Assembly (NCBI GenBank): GCA_964371135.1
Contig: CAYJLJ010000002.1
Location: 11,758-38,433 of the forward strand
Reading direction: 5' to 3'
DNA: 26,676 nt
From: an uncultured Gammaproteobacteria bacterium
GTDB lineage: Bacteria; Patescibacteriota; Microgenomatia; JAMCZE01
Below the pieces are notes generated by a model. It made no database searches, was not told where the DNA came from, and worked only from the letters and a program-made list of their open reading frames with translations. Below, one piece after another: positions 1 through 8,064 of this stretch. Within the stretch, counting starts at the first letter, position 1, and each line of letters starts with the position of its first letter. The translations under genes were made by a program, and so were the position numbers.

Positions 1-2
1 CG

Positions 3-674
3 CAAAACTGGATCGGAGGGACAAAACCATCCGAGGCGTCATTCGTTCCCCCACCGGTCAGCAATATGGAACCGGCATTAGCCGATTTTGAAAAATTTTT
101 GTATGATGAAAGCTCAACCGTACCATTAATTCATGTTGCTTTGGTCCATGCTCAATTTGAAACTATTCACCCTTTCCTGGACGGAAACGGCAGAACCGGA
201 AGGCTATTGATTACTCTTTTGTTATATAAACGAGAGCTATTAGAGCATCCAGTTTTATTTTTATCTTCATATTTTAAAAAGTATCAAAAGGTCTATTATG
301 CAAAATTAGATGGCTATCATAACGGCCAGGTTGAAGATTGGCTTAGTTTTTTCCTTGACGGTGTTATCGATACTGCAAACGAATCAATATTAATATCCCG
401 AAAGATCAGAAAACTTCGGGATGAAGACATGGACAAGTTAATATCCCTCGCAAAAAGAGAATCTGAAAGTGGCGTTGCCGTTTTGAAAAAGTTATACAGT
501 ACGCCAATTATTACTACAAAAATAATTATGGATTGGACAGGTTTTAGTCGCGGTGGTGCACAAAAGTTGATTGATAGATTTAAAAACCTAAATATTTTAG
601 AAGATGTTAACGAAGAAACCGAATATGACAGAAAGTATAAATATGGCAAATATCTGGAAACGTTTACAAACTAA
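3..674 (+). CDS. Fic family protein (AMPylase-type) with C-terminal wHTH, 5'-truncated by the window edge
   Basis: Canonical Fic motif HPFLDGNGRTGR. The frame is open upstream of the ORF-track ATG (66) to position 3, reading QNWIGGTKPSEASFVPPP, a typical Fic segment, so the true start lies outside the window. Confidence 0.92.
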   Translation, partial: QNWIGGTKPSEASFVPPPVSNMEPALADFEKFLYDESSTVPLIHVALVHAQFETIHPFLDGNGRTGRLLITLLLYKRELLEHPVLFLSSYFKKYQKVYYAKLDGYHNGQVEDWLSFFLDGVIDTANESILISRKIRKLRDEDMDKLISLAKRESESGVAVLKKLYSTPIITTKIIMDWTGFSRGGAQKLIDRFKNLNILEDVNEETEYDRKYKYGKYLETFTN

Positions 675-678
675 AATT

Positions 679-921
679 ATGTCCGAAGATATGCAGCGGC
701 GCAAAGATTGGCGGAAATATTTAAAAACACCACTTGCGGAGAAACTGACATTGAGTGTTGGCGCCTTGTTTTTCCAAAAAGCGGATGACAGCTTTGAGCC
801 AAAATTTTTCCAACCTGAAGAATTTGAAAAACCCTGCCTGGCAATTGCGGCAGCCATGGCCGGTTCCTGTTACCTGCCGCGCCTGAATGTTGAAGATATT
901 CATAAAATGACAGCAGGATAA
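679..921 (+). CDS. Small hypothetical protein (80 aa)
   Basis: ATG at 679 lies 4 nt after the Fic stop and the ORF fills the gap before the convergent hydrolase. No recognisable motif. The ORF-track extension to 604 overlaps Fic and is unlikely. Confidence 0.35.
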   Translation: MSEDMQRRKDWRKYLKTPLAEKLTLSVGALFFQKADDSFEPKFFQPEEFEKPCLAIAAAMAGSCYLPRLNVEDIHKMTAG

Positions 922-975
922 TTAAACCGCTCCAGTTCTTTTTTAACAATTTTTGCATTCCCTCATGGGATATCT

Positions 976-1932
976 TTATCCCCAAACACTTTCACTTAAT
1001 TCCTCATGCACAGCAGGGTCATTTTGGCTGGCATATAAATTATGCGGGTCGCAGGCGGGAGTACAAATTGTTTTTACACGTATATTAAGGCCCTGGTCTC
1101 GCAGTTGATTGTAATACTCTTTATTGGCCCCGGGTGGGGCTAATGGGTCATTGGCATGTTCAACAACTTCAATTTCAATGCCAAGTAGTTCAGCGGTAGA
1201 AAAGCCAGTCTCCAGCGACTGTTTTAAAACGTTGCTGCATACCCGCAACTGTCTTGCCCGCGATACCAGGCCGTCATGGATCTTCCATACCGGTTGAAAA
1301 AGAAAATGGCGGGCATTAGCCAACTTCCGGCTTTGGTTCCATAAATAGCTCCATACCAAAACGGTATCAATCAAATTGCTCTCCCCATATGCAAATTTGT
1401 CCAGCTTGTCTAACCCGGAATCAGTGTAATTGCCAACAACTATTGCAGGGTTTATGGCTACAACTTTGGAAATTTTTCCGCTTTTTAACACGTCTAAAAA
1501 CCGCCCCGCCATATCCGTATCGGGGTTGGCTAGCGCCGCAGCCAGCATGCTAAAAAACAAACCGCCGCTGTAGCTTTCCACCGTTAACACAGCATTATCC
1601 GCTTCAACTTTCTCTAAATTGGTAACCAAGTCCCGGACAAACGGCTGGTCAAAAAAATTGGCAGCATCAATATTTTCCGCCTCTTTCCTACTTAAATGCG
1701 AGGTATTGTAAACTGCTGCTGCCATCGGGCTATCAGCTCTTTCACCGGTAAAAAGCGCGGCTTTCATCGCCTGCACGGTATTTAGCCGGTTTGAGGGAGG
1801 TAGGCCCGGTGCACCCAAACCAAATAGCGCAATCAGCTTAACATTCTCGCTATCGGCTACAAAATATACCGCATCCCGCTTGCTTCCAACCAAATGTTCC
1901 CTACCAAAACCTGTACTTGTCTCTTTAGTCAA
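976..1932 (-). CDS. Putative divergent alpha/beta-fold hydrolase
   Basis: Motif order fits the fold: LIALFGLG (oxyanion region), strand-SYSGG-helix (GxSxG-like elbow), KVVAINP, EVVEHANDPLAP (acid), DPHNLY (His). TTG start preceded by TGT-TATATT at 7 nt. Confidence 0.6.
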   Translation of the reverse strand: MTKETSTGFGREHLVGSKRDAVYFVADSENVKLIALFGLGAPGLPPSNRLNTVQAMKAALFTGERADSPMAAAVYNTSHLSRKEAENIDAANFFDQPFVRDLVTNLEKVEADNAVLTVESYSGGLFFSMLAAALANPDTDMAGRFLDVLKSGKISKVVAINPAIVVGNYTDSGLDKLDKFAYGESNLIDTVLVWSYLWNQSRKLANARHFLFQPVWKIHDGLVSRARQLRVCSNVLKQSLETGFSTAELLGIEIEVVEHANDPLAPPGANKEYYNQLRDQGLNIRVKTICTPACDPHNLYASQNDPAVHEELSESVWG

Positions 1933-2057
1933 TAGAATTAATATAACACCTTTACTAAAGTTACCATTAACTACCGTAGCCCAATTGTAATATTAATCTT
2001 TCCCAAGTCTTATCTATTTCTAACTCTAAACTAAACATAAATTCGTATCTTTTGGTA

Positions 2058-3086
2058 GTGAAGATCGCTCAAATTGCCCCGGTCATTGAATCTGTTCCCC
2101 CGAAGAAATATGGCGGGACGGAACGGGTGGTTTCGGCACTGACCGAAGAACTGGTCAGGCGCGGTCATGATGTCACTCTTTTTGCCAGCGGCGATTCGAT
2201 TAGCAAAGCGAAACTGGTTTCCGTCACCCCCCGCTCCATACGCGACTCCCGCCTTAAAGATATTTATGGTCCCAACTATTGGACGATGCTTAACATCGGC
2301 CTGGCCTACGAACGCCAGAGTGATTTTGACATTATCCACGACCACAATGGCCACCTTAGTTTGCCCACGGCCAATATCTCCCAAACCCCGGTGGTTATGA
2401 CTTTGCACGGCTCTTTTGACCCCGTCAACAAACAATTTTTTTCAAAATTGGGGAAAAAAGTTAATTTCGTTTCCATTTCTAAAAAACAGGCGGCTTCAGC
2501 ACCAAATGTAAATTGGGCGGGCAACGTTTATAACGGTCTGGCCATGAAAGATTTTCCGTTTAGTCCCAAAAATGAAGGTTATCTCCTGTACGTCGGCCGG
2601 TTTTCCTATGAAAAAGGGGCGCATATTGCCATTGAGGTGGCCCAAAACTTAAATATGCCGCTTTTAATGGCCGCGAAACTGGACTTTCTTGATCTTAGCT
2701 ATTACCAGGAAAAGATCGGACCAAACCTTGGCAGCCAGGTGAAGTGGGTCGGTGAAGTTGACCAGGAAGAACGCAACCGGCTTATGAGCAAAGCTCTGGC
2801 TCTGCTTCATCCGGTTACCTGGCCAGAGCCATTTGGCTTAACCATGATTGAGGCAATGGCTTGCGGTACACCGGTTGTTGCCTTTGACGAGGGCTCTATT
2901 CCGGAAGTAGTAAAAAACGGCAAAACCGGGTACGTCGTTACAGACGTGGAAAGTATGATGAATGCAGTGGAAAAAATTAAAAAGATCGACCGCAAATATT
3001 GCCGGGAATATGCCCTAACTAATTTTAATGATAAAAAGATGACGGAGAATTATCTCCAACTCTACAAAAAGATTTTGACCCCTTGA
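2058..3086 (+). CDS. Glycosyltransferase family 4 (GT-B fold)
   Basis: N-terminus KIAQIAP...YGGTERVV...GHDVTLFASGDS and C-terminal EPFGLTMIEAMACGTPVVA (EX7E). GTG at 2058 preferred over TTG at 2052. Confidence 0.92.
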   Translation: MKIAQIAPVIESVPPKKYGGTERVVSALTEELVRRGHDVTLFASGDSISKAKLVSVTPRSIRDSRLKDIYGPNYWTMLNIGLAYERQSDFDIIHDHNGHLSLPTANISQTPVVMTLHGSFDPVNKQFFSKLGKKVNFVSISKKQAASAPNVNWAGNVYNGLAMKDFPFSPKNEGYLLYVGRFSYEKGAHIAIEVAQNLNMPLLMAAKLDFLDLSYYQEKIGPNLGSQVKWVGEVDQEERNRLMSKALALLHPVTWPEPFGLTMIEAMACGTPVVAFDEGSIPEVVKNGKTGYVVTDVESMMNAVEKIKKIDRKYCREYALTNFNDKKMTENYLQLYKKILTP

Positions 3087-3124
3087 ACTAACTTTAGCCT
3101 GGTGTTATCTTAGCGCAACTGCCC

Positions 3125-4348
3125 ATGGACTCTAATTCACTGCACACCATCTGTTATAACGCGCTCCTGGATCTGGCTACCGGTGAGGGAATTAACGCCT
3201 CCGGAGCGAGTGAAATTTTTGGCTGCGTTTTTGGCCGCGACACGGCCATTACCGTTTTAAAAATACTAAAAGTTTTAGAGCGAAACCCAACAACAGTTGA
3301 CGTAACCCGGTTAAAAGAAATATCAAAAAGAGCTTTACTTGGTTTAATTAGTTTACAGGGAAAAGAGTTTAATTTAGAAAGCGGTGAAGAACCGGGGAAA
3401 TTTATTCATGAATACCGCAAGGACAATTTCGCCCATTTGGCAAACTGGTTTGTTTACCCCGACGGGAAACTGAGAAATTATGATTCAATAGACTCTACTC
3501 CTCTAGCTTTAATTGCTATTCACAAATATTGGTCTTTAACTCAGGATGATGAATTTTTAAAACAGGTGAAATTATCTGTTGACTACGGTCTTCACTGGAT
3601 TTTAAATTACGGCGACCGGGACGGCGATAGTCTTTTAGAGTATGAACTTTCACCGAACCGTAAATCCGGCGGGCTCAGTGTTCAGTCCTGGACTGATTCC
3701 CGGGAGTCGTTAAGACGAGCCGACGGCTCAATGCCGGTCTATCCGATTGCCCCGGTAGAAGTCCAGGGTTATGCGTGGCTGGCCTTAAAACTTTGGGGAA
3801 AAGATGAAGCGGCAGCAAAGCTCAAACAAACGTTTAACGAGAAATTTTTGGCAGTAGATAATAATTTAATTTTTCCGGTCCAGGCACTGGATGGCCACAA
3901 AAACCAAATCACAACAGTAACCGGCAATCCCCTGTTATTATTGTGGGCCAGTTGCGGCCATGAAAGCATCCTGGAAGAAAAGTACGTGGCTGATTTAGTC
4001 AAAAGAGCTTTCCTGCCGGATCTGTTTGATATTACTGCCGGCATCCGGACAATGAGTGCCTTTTCACCAACATTTAATCCCAACCAGGACTCATACCACA
4101 ACGGCAGCTTCTGGCCGATTCTTAACGGACTGGTACACGAAGGTTTAGCTAACTGGGGCTATTTAGACGAGGCAAATAGTTTAAAAGCGGCGAGTATTTC
4201 AGGATTAAATTTTTTTAAAACCCCAATCGAGCTTTATATCAAGGGCACTGACGGCAACTACTACGAATACAAAAACGAGTCCGGTCAGACTTCCTGTAAA
4301 CAACAGGCCTGGTCCGCCGCCGCCGCGCTGGATTTTTTAACGGAATAA
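3125..4348 (+). CDS. Amylo-alpha-1,6-glucosidase / glycogen-debranching-like (alpha/alpha)6 glycoside hydrolase
   Basis: Motifs FGRDT, GEEPGKFIHE, DSIDSTPL, QSWTDS, EVQGY, GIRT, SYHNGSFWP, QAWSAAA. Co-oriented with the GT4 gene. Confidence 0.85.
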   Translation: MDSNSLHTICYNALLDLATGEGINASGASEIFGCVFGRDTAITVLKILKVLERNPTTVDVTRLKEISKRALLGLISLQGKEFNLESGEEPGKFIHEYRKDNFAHLANWFVYPDGKLRNYDSIDSTPLALIAIHKYWSLTQDDEFLKQVKLSVDYGLHWILNYGDRDGDSLLEYELSPNRKSGGLSVQSWTDSRESLRRADGSMPVYPIAPVEVQGYAWLALKLWGKDEAAAKLKQTFNEKFLAVDNNLIFPVQALDGHKNQITTVTGNPLLLLWASCGHESILEEKYVADLVKRAFLPDLFDITAGIRTMSAFSPTFNPNQDSYHNGSFWPILNGLVHEGLANWGYLDEANSLKAASISGLNFFKTPIELYIKGTDGNYYEYKNESGQTSCKQQAWSAAAALDFLTE

Positions 4349-4401
4349 TCCCTCGTCATCCAGATATATTTTCGTTTAACTTTTTGTGCTAAAATTATTA
4401 C

Positions 4402-4719
4402 ATGTCTGAAAATTTTAGGTTAATTAGACGCCGAGAAATACATATTGGTCAAAAAATTACGGAAGCAGAACAGCAAAGAGCTATTAATTTTTATCGCGCA
4501 TTAAAAGTTCAGTCTATGGTAAATCATCTAAACATCTCCATGGCCAAAGCATTCGATTGGCTTCCATTGACAGGAAGACAAAATTCTAAGATGAAAAGTC
4601 AAATGGAAAGGTTACGTATGTCAAATAATCCTCACGAAGCTTTCGTCTATCAGAGAATGAAAGACGCCGAAGATATTGCTCGTCAGGCAAAGAAAAATGG
4701 CCAGAGGCGACCAGCCTAG
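4402..4719 (+). CDS. Hypothetical basic protein (105 aa)
   Basis: Clean ORF filling the gap. TGC-TAAAAT (4387-4395) lies 6 nt before the ATG. No recognisable family. Confidence 0.55.
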   Translation: MSENFRLIRRREIHIGQKITEAEQQRAINFYRALKVQSMVNHLNISMAKAFDWLPLTGRQNSKMKSQMERLRMSNNPHEAFVYQRMKDAEDIARQAKKNGQRRPA

Positions 4720-4754
4720 TATAACTTCTCCAATCGTTTTTTTATAATTTATGT

Positions 4755-5192
4755 ATGGATAAAAATAAGTTTTACCTGCTGGCTGAAACCAGAGGGAAAC
4801 TGGAGCTAAAAATAAAAGAACTCCAGGCAAAAATGCACGAGGCGGATATCGAAATCGGCGAAGCAGCAGACCATGGTACCTGGCATGATAATTTTTCCTA
4901 CGAACAGGCCCATCAAAAACGCGAGTTTTATGAAATCCAAATTAATGAATTAAAAGAAAAACTTAAAAGTGCAGAAATTATAAAACCAAACCCGGACACG
5001 TCAGTTGTTTGTTTAGGCCACAAGGTAACGTTGGAAACGGGCAAAAGTTATACCATTGTTGGTGAAATGGATACCGATCTGGACAAGGGCCTAATCTCTT
5101 TCACTTCCCCCATTGGTAAAGAATTAATTGGCAAAAGGGTTGGAGATAAAGTGGGAAATAGCGAAAAAATCAGCGCAATTTTGCTCCCTTAA
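4755..5192 (+). CDS. GreA/GreB-family transcription factor with atypical acidic tip
   Basis: N-terminal coiled-coil hairpin with HGTWHDNFSYE at the position of HGDLxENxEY. C-terminal domain motifs V.LGHKVTL, YTIVGE, ISFTSPIGKELIGKRVGD. TATAAT (4743-4748) 6 nt before the ATG. Confidence 0.85.
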   Translation: MDKNKFYLLAETRGKLELKIKELQAKMHEADIEIGEAADHGTWHDNFSYEQAHQKREFYEIQINELKEKLKSAEIIKPNPDTSVVCLGHKVTLETGKSYTIVGEMDTDLDKGLISFTSPIGKELIGKRVGDKVGNSEKISAILLP

Positions 5193-5205
5193 TTATAGGC
5201 TCAAC

Positions 5206-5235
5206 AGCCTCACAAGACCACCTCTTGCGAAGCTA
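5206..5235. repeat. Dispersed palindromic repeat, family A, copy 1 (intergenic)
   Basis: AGCCTCACAAGA-CCACC-TCTTGCGAAGCT. 5213-5235 is identical over 23 nt to 9931-9953. Confidence 0.85.
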
Positions 5236-5270
5236 TGGGAAATGGCATCACAAAGACCCAAACCTGAACG

Positions 5271-5684
5271 TCAAGAAACGAACTCGATAGAACCTAACCG
5301 TTTAGCTTTTTCAAAATAATTCTTGTCAGAAGTTAGGAAAATCCCACCTCGGGTTTTCGCTACATAATGATACAAGACGTCATAAATTGCAGCATCAGTG
5401 CTGTATGCCCACGACAAGACTTCGTCAATCTGATTTTGAACAACCGGAACGAGGACGATCGGTATTAACAAAAACTTTTTATATAAGTCCTGTGCTTCGG
5501 CCAAAATTTCCAATTTATGGCGCAAAGCGTTGGCTACTTCTAAACAAAGAAGGTCTGGAGCACATAAAACAGCTTTTTTCGCTTTGACTTCACGTTCAAC
5601 TTTCCTCAACAATACTTTTGCCTCCTTGCTTTCGTTCAAAAGAACGGCGACAGCAACAGAAGCATCCAGAACGTATGTTTTCAT
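5271..5684 (-). CDS. vapC: PIN-domain toxin (VapC family)
   Basis: YVLDASVAV (Asp1), LEVAN (Glu), IYDVLY (Asp), FLTSD (Asp). ATGA overlap with the upstream antitoxin. Confidence 0.88.
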   Translation of the reverse strand: MKTYVLDASVAVAVLLNESKEAKVLLRKVEREVKAKKAVLCAPDLLCLEVANALRHKLEILAEAQDLYKKFLLIPIVLVPVVQNQIDEVLSWAYSTDAAIYDVLYHYVAKTRGGIFLTSDKNYFEKAKRLGSIEFVS

Positions 5685-5944
5685 AATCGACCTCTATTTA
5701 TGGCATCCCTAATAGAAATTTTATTCTTTTTGGTGACTACTTTATACGCATTGAAAAATTCATCCCACGGATCGATAACCTGTTTGACAATATTCTCCCC
5801 CACCTTACTTTGTATGGCATCAACCACGAATCCGCTAACCTCGCCGGGTTTTGTTTGCTTTTGGATTTGCGAATAAAGATATTCAGGAATAGTAATAGTT
5901 ATTCGTTTCATATTAAAATCTGAAGTAGTCGCAGCCATATTCAT
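5681..5944 (-). CDS. vapB: Ribbon-helix-helix antitoxin (VapB/CopG-like)
   Basis: MKRITITIPEYLYSQI...VSGFVVDAI fits an RHH strand plus helices. Small gene directly upstream of the PIN gene. Alternative starts at 5938 and 5911. Confidence 0.8.
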   Translation of the reverse strand: MNMAATTSDFNMKRITITIPEYLYSQIQKQTKPGEVSGFVVDAIQSKVGENIVKQVIDPWDEFFNAYKVVTKKNKISIRDAINRGRL

Positions 5945-5952
5945 GTTGCATC

Positions 5953-5988
5953 TTTATATCATACTCTAAGTATGATGTCAAGTATGAT
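5953..5988 (-). promoter_or_regulatory. sigma70-type promoter with overlapping operator for vapBC
   Basis: Minus strand reads TTGACA (5981-5976), 17 nt, TATAAA (5958-5953) with a TGn extension. Inverted repeat ATCATACT-cta-AGTATGAT (5958-5976) plus a third half-site AGTATGAT (5981-5988). Confidence 0.85.
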
Positions 5989-6022
5989 TACGTAATTGGA
6001 CAAAAGGTTTATAATGTCTTAT

Positions 6023-6406
6023 ATGGATGACCCGTGGAAGAAAAAATTATCTCCAGAGCAGTATCACGTAATGCGTGAGAAAGGAACTGAACCACCGGGG
6101 TCAGGAAAATTTTACCTTAACCACGACAAAGGAATGTATGAATGTGCCGCCTGCGGCCAAACGCTTTTTAGCTCTGAGACAAAGTTTGATTCGGATTGCG
6201 GCTGGCCGAGCTTTTATGATCCGGCTGAACTCAAAAATGTCACTTTGCAGGAAGATACCACCTTAGGTATGACCCGAACAGAGGTACTTTGTTCTAACTG
6301 CGGTAGCCATTTGGGCCATGTTTTTGATGATGGTCCAAACCCGACCGGGAAAAGGTATTGTATTAATTCTGTGGCATTAAATTTTAAGCCTTCTTCACAA
6401 ACTTGA
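6023..6406 (+). CDS. msrB: Peptide-methionine (R)-S-oxide reductase
   Basis: [40 protein letters not shown], catalytic RYCINS. Start chosen from TATAAT (6010-6015) 7 nt upstream; 6014 and 5996 are alternatives. Confidence 0.95.
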   Translation: MDDPWKKKLSPEQYHVMREKGTEPPGSGKFYLNHDKGMYECAACGQTLFSSETKFDSDCGWPSFYDPAELKNVTLQEDTTLGMTRTEVLCSNCGSHLGHVFDDGPNPTGKRYCINSVALNFKPSSQT

Positions 6407-6644
6407 AGAAGCGGCTGGCTTGGCCTTCCTTGGTTTTATCCTGATAAAGAAGTGCTAATTTGTTTTTATCGAACTCGATAAAAAACGCCTCCCAGGTTAT
6501 TTCTTCCAGGGCTTTATTATCACTAAATAAAAGCCGCAACATGCCAGCAGTCCCTTTTACTTTCGCAGGCCTTCCGCCCCGCTCTTCGACCCACTTTTTA
6601 ATTTCTTCATGATTACTTGATGTTTTCGATAAGCTTCCAGACAT
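6384..6644 (-). CDS. Small conserved hypothetical protein ([18 protein letters not shown]...SRFFKFV type)
   Basis: Resembles from memory a widespread uncharacterised small-protein family. A paralog is present at 7858-8064. Confidence 0.75.
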   Translation of the reverse strand: MSGSLSKTSSNHEEIKKWVEERGGRPAKVKGTAGMLRLLFSDNKALEEITWEAFFIEFDKNKLALLYQDKTKEGQASRFFKFVKKA

Positions 6645-6685
6645 AGGTTATTTATGCCATACAAATATATTAAGGAGGTAAGAAA

Positions 6686-7120
6686 TTATTGGGAAACGTC
6701 CAAGAGTTCCACCTCAAAAACGAGAGTGGAATTAGGAGGAATTGCCGCTCCGGCACCACGCGCCCCATAACCTAAATCCGGCGGAATAGTTAATTTTCTC
6801 TTGCCGCCAACCTTCATACCGGCAAAACCCTGATCCCAACCTTGGATAACCTGGCCGGCCCCAACAGTAAATTTAAACGGTTCGTTGCGATCGTAAGAGC
6901 TATCAAATTTTGTTCCGTCCAGAAGTGTCCCCTTGTAGTTTACGGTTAGAGTATCCCCTTTTTGGGCCTCTTTACCTGTTCCCACAACAATATCTTCAAT
7001 TTTTAAATTAGAAACTTCCATAACTTTTTTCGGTTGATCCTTCGATCCTAACACAACAACGGCCCCGATAACTACTACCAAAATTGCTACTACCGCCCAA
7101 TACAAATAGTTTTTAACCAT
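6686..7120 (-). CDS. FKBP-type peptidyl-prolyl cis-trans isomerase with N-terminal membrane anchor
   Basis: VNYKGTLLDGTKFDSS, VIQGWDQG..GMKVGGKRKLTIPPDLGYG, IPPNSTLVFEVELL. Hydrophobic N-terminal helix. Confidence 0.93.
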   Translation of the reverse strand: MVKNYLYWAVVAILVVVIGAVVVLGSKDQPKKVMEVSNLKIEDIVVGTGKEAQKGDTLTVNYKGTLLDGTKFDSSYDRNEPFKFTVGAGQVIQGWDQGFAGMKVGGKRKLTIPPDLGYGARGAGAAIPPNSTLVFEVELLDVSQ

Positions 7121-7138
7121 GAATTTTAGAATACCAAA

Positions 7139-7869
7139 TTACTTACAGGAATTAAAGTAGTTCTGGAGCATGGAAATCTTGGCGGAAACCGGCGTGGTCC
7201 AATCGTCCTGTAAAATTCCACCAGTATCTCCTGAATTAGGATTAAGATCCCAATAAAAGGTGCTACAAATTCCTTTGGATTTCATATAATTTGCTAAGGC
7301 ATTTTGCCAAACAAAGTCATCTCTTCCTCCCCATTCTCCAACTACGACAGCATTATTTCCTGCCAAATATCCCCACTGCGCTTCCCAGATAGCCGGCATA
7401 TTTTTTGGAAAAATTGTCTTGACCTGCTCTTGCGGCAGCCAGATCCCAATCGGTAGCAGTATTCCCCGTTCCCCAGGTGGCCATACCATGTGGTTCATAT
7501 TTCAAATCTAAGCCAATAAAATTGGAAACATTTGCATACCGGCTGGCCAGGGTTTTTAAGTCAGCTATCCACTGGTTTTCAGAATATGAGCCGGTATACC
7601 ATAAATCTGATTGAGCATTACAGTCCGGGCTTTGAATAATCAATTGACGTGGGGGCAACTCCGGCAACACTTGCGGGACAAAACGGTATCCGTACCGCAT
7701 TAAAACCTAGATTTTTTTTATTTGGGCAATCATGTCTTTATAGCCCCTGGCCCACAGACCGTGAACCACGTGGGTATCGGTTTCGAAGCCGAACCAGTTA
7801 ATGCCATGCAGATTAATTTTCTGGCCGTTTTTAACAATAGAGTTACCCGAGACACTAAAGCCGGCCAAA
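7139..7869 (-). pseudogene. Decayed GH5 (subfamily 1-like) endoglucanase
   Basis: Fragments in different frames: GINWFGFET..VVHGLW, LGFNAVRIPF, PDC..QSDLWY, DLKYEPH (NEP changed to YEP), FPKNMPAIW..WGYL, VGEWGG, FYWDLNPNSGDTGGILQDDW. Frameshift at an A8 run (7712-7719), two internal deletions, no 5' end. Confidence 0.9.
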
Positions 7870-8064
7870 GTTAAAGGCACGGGCGGCAACGGTTCCGTAG
7901 GCATGATCCGCTTCACCTTCAGCAAAACCCATCACGCTCTGGAGGAAATTTCCTGGGACGAGTTTTTCCGGGAGTTTGATAAAAATGGCCTCGCTTTGCT
8001 CTATCAGGACCAGACAAAAGAAGGCAAGCAAAGCCGGTTCTTCAAATTTATTCACAATTTGTAG
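7858..8064 (+). pseudogene. 5'-truncated paralog of the 6384-6644 protein
   Basis: From KPAKVKGT onward it matches 42 of the last 61 residues of the intact copy (manual count). The N-terminal HEEIKKW segment is replaced by antisense cellulase sequence. Confidence 0.7.

Noticed and set aside
1946-2045. AT-rich divergent intergenic region with short inverted repeats
   Set aside because: Only 5-8 bp AT-rich matches, which are expected by chance at this composition.
6023-6406. Selenocysteine or stop-codon recoding in MsrB or elsewhere
   Set aside because: The catalytic residue is a Cys codon, and TGA ends several conserved genes (GT4, mreB, def, fmt) at the expected positions.
6671-6679. Perfect Shine-Dalgarno TAAGGAGGT on the + strand
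   Set aside because: It leads only to a 28-codon TTG ORF antisense to the FKBP gene. A given 9-mer is expected about 0.2 times by chance on both strands of this window.
7801-7857. ATG 7801 as start of an 87-aa chimeric gene
   Set aside because: The first 19 codons are the reverse complement of cellulase coding sequence and no promoter or SD signal is evident.
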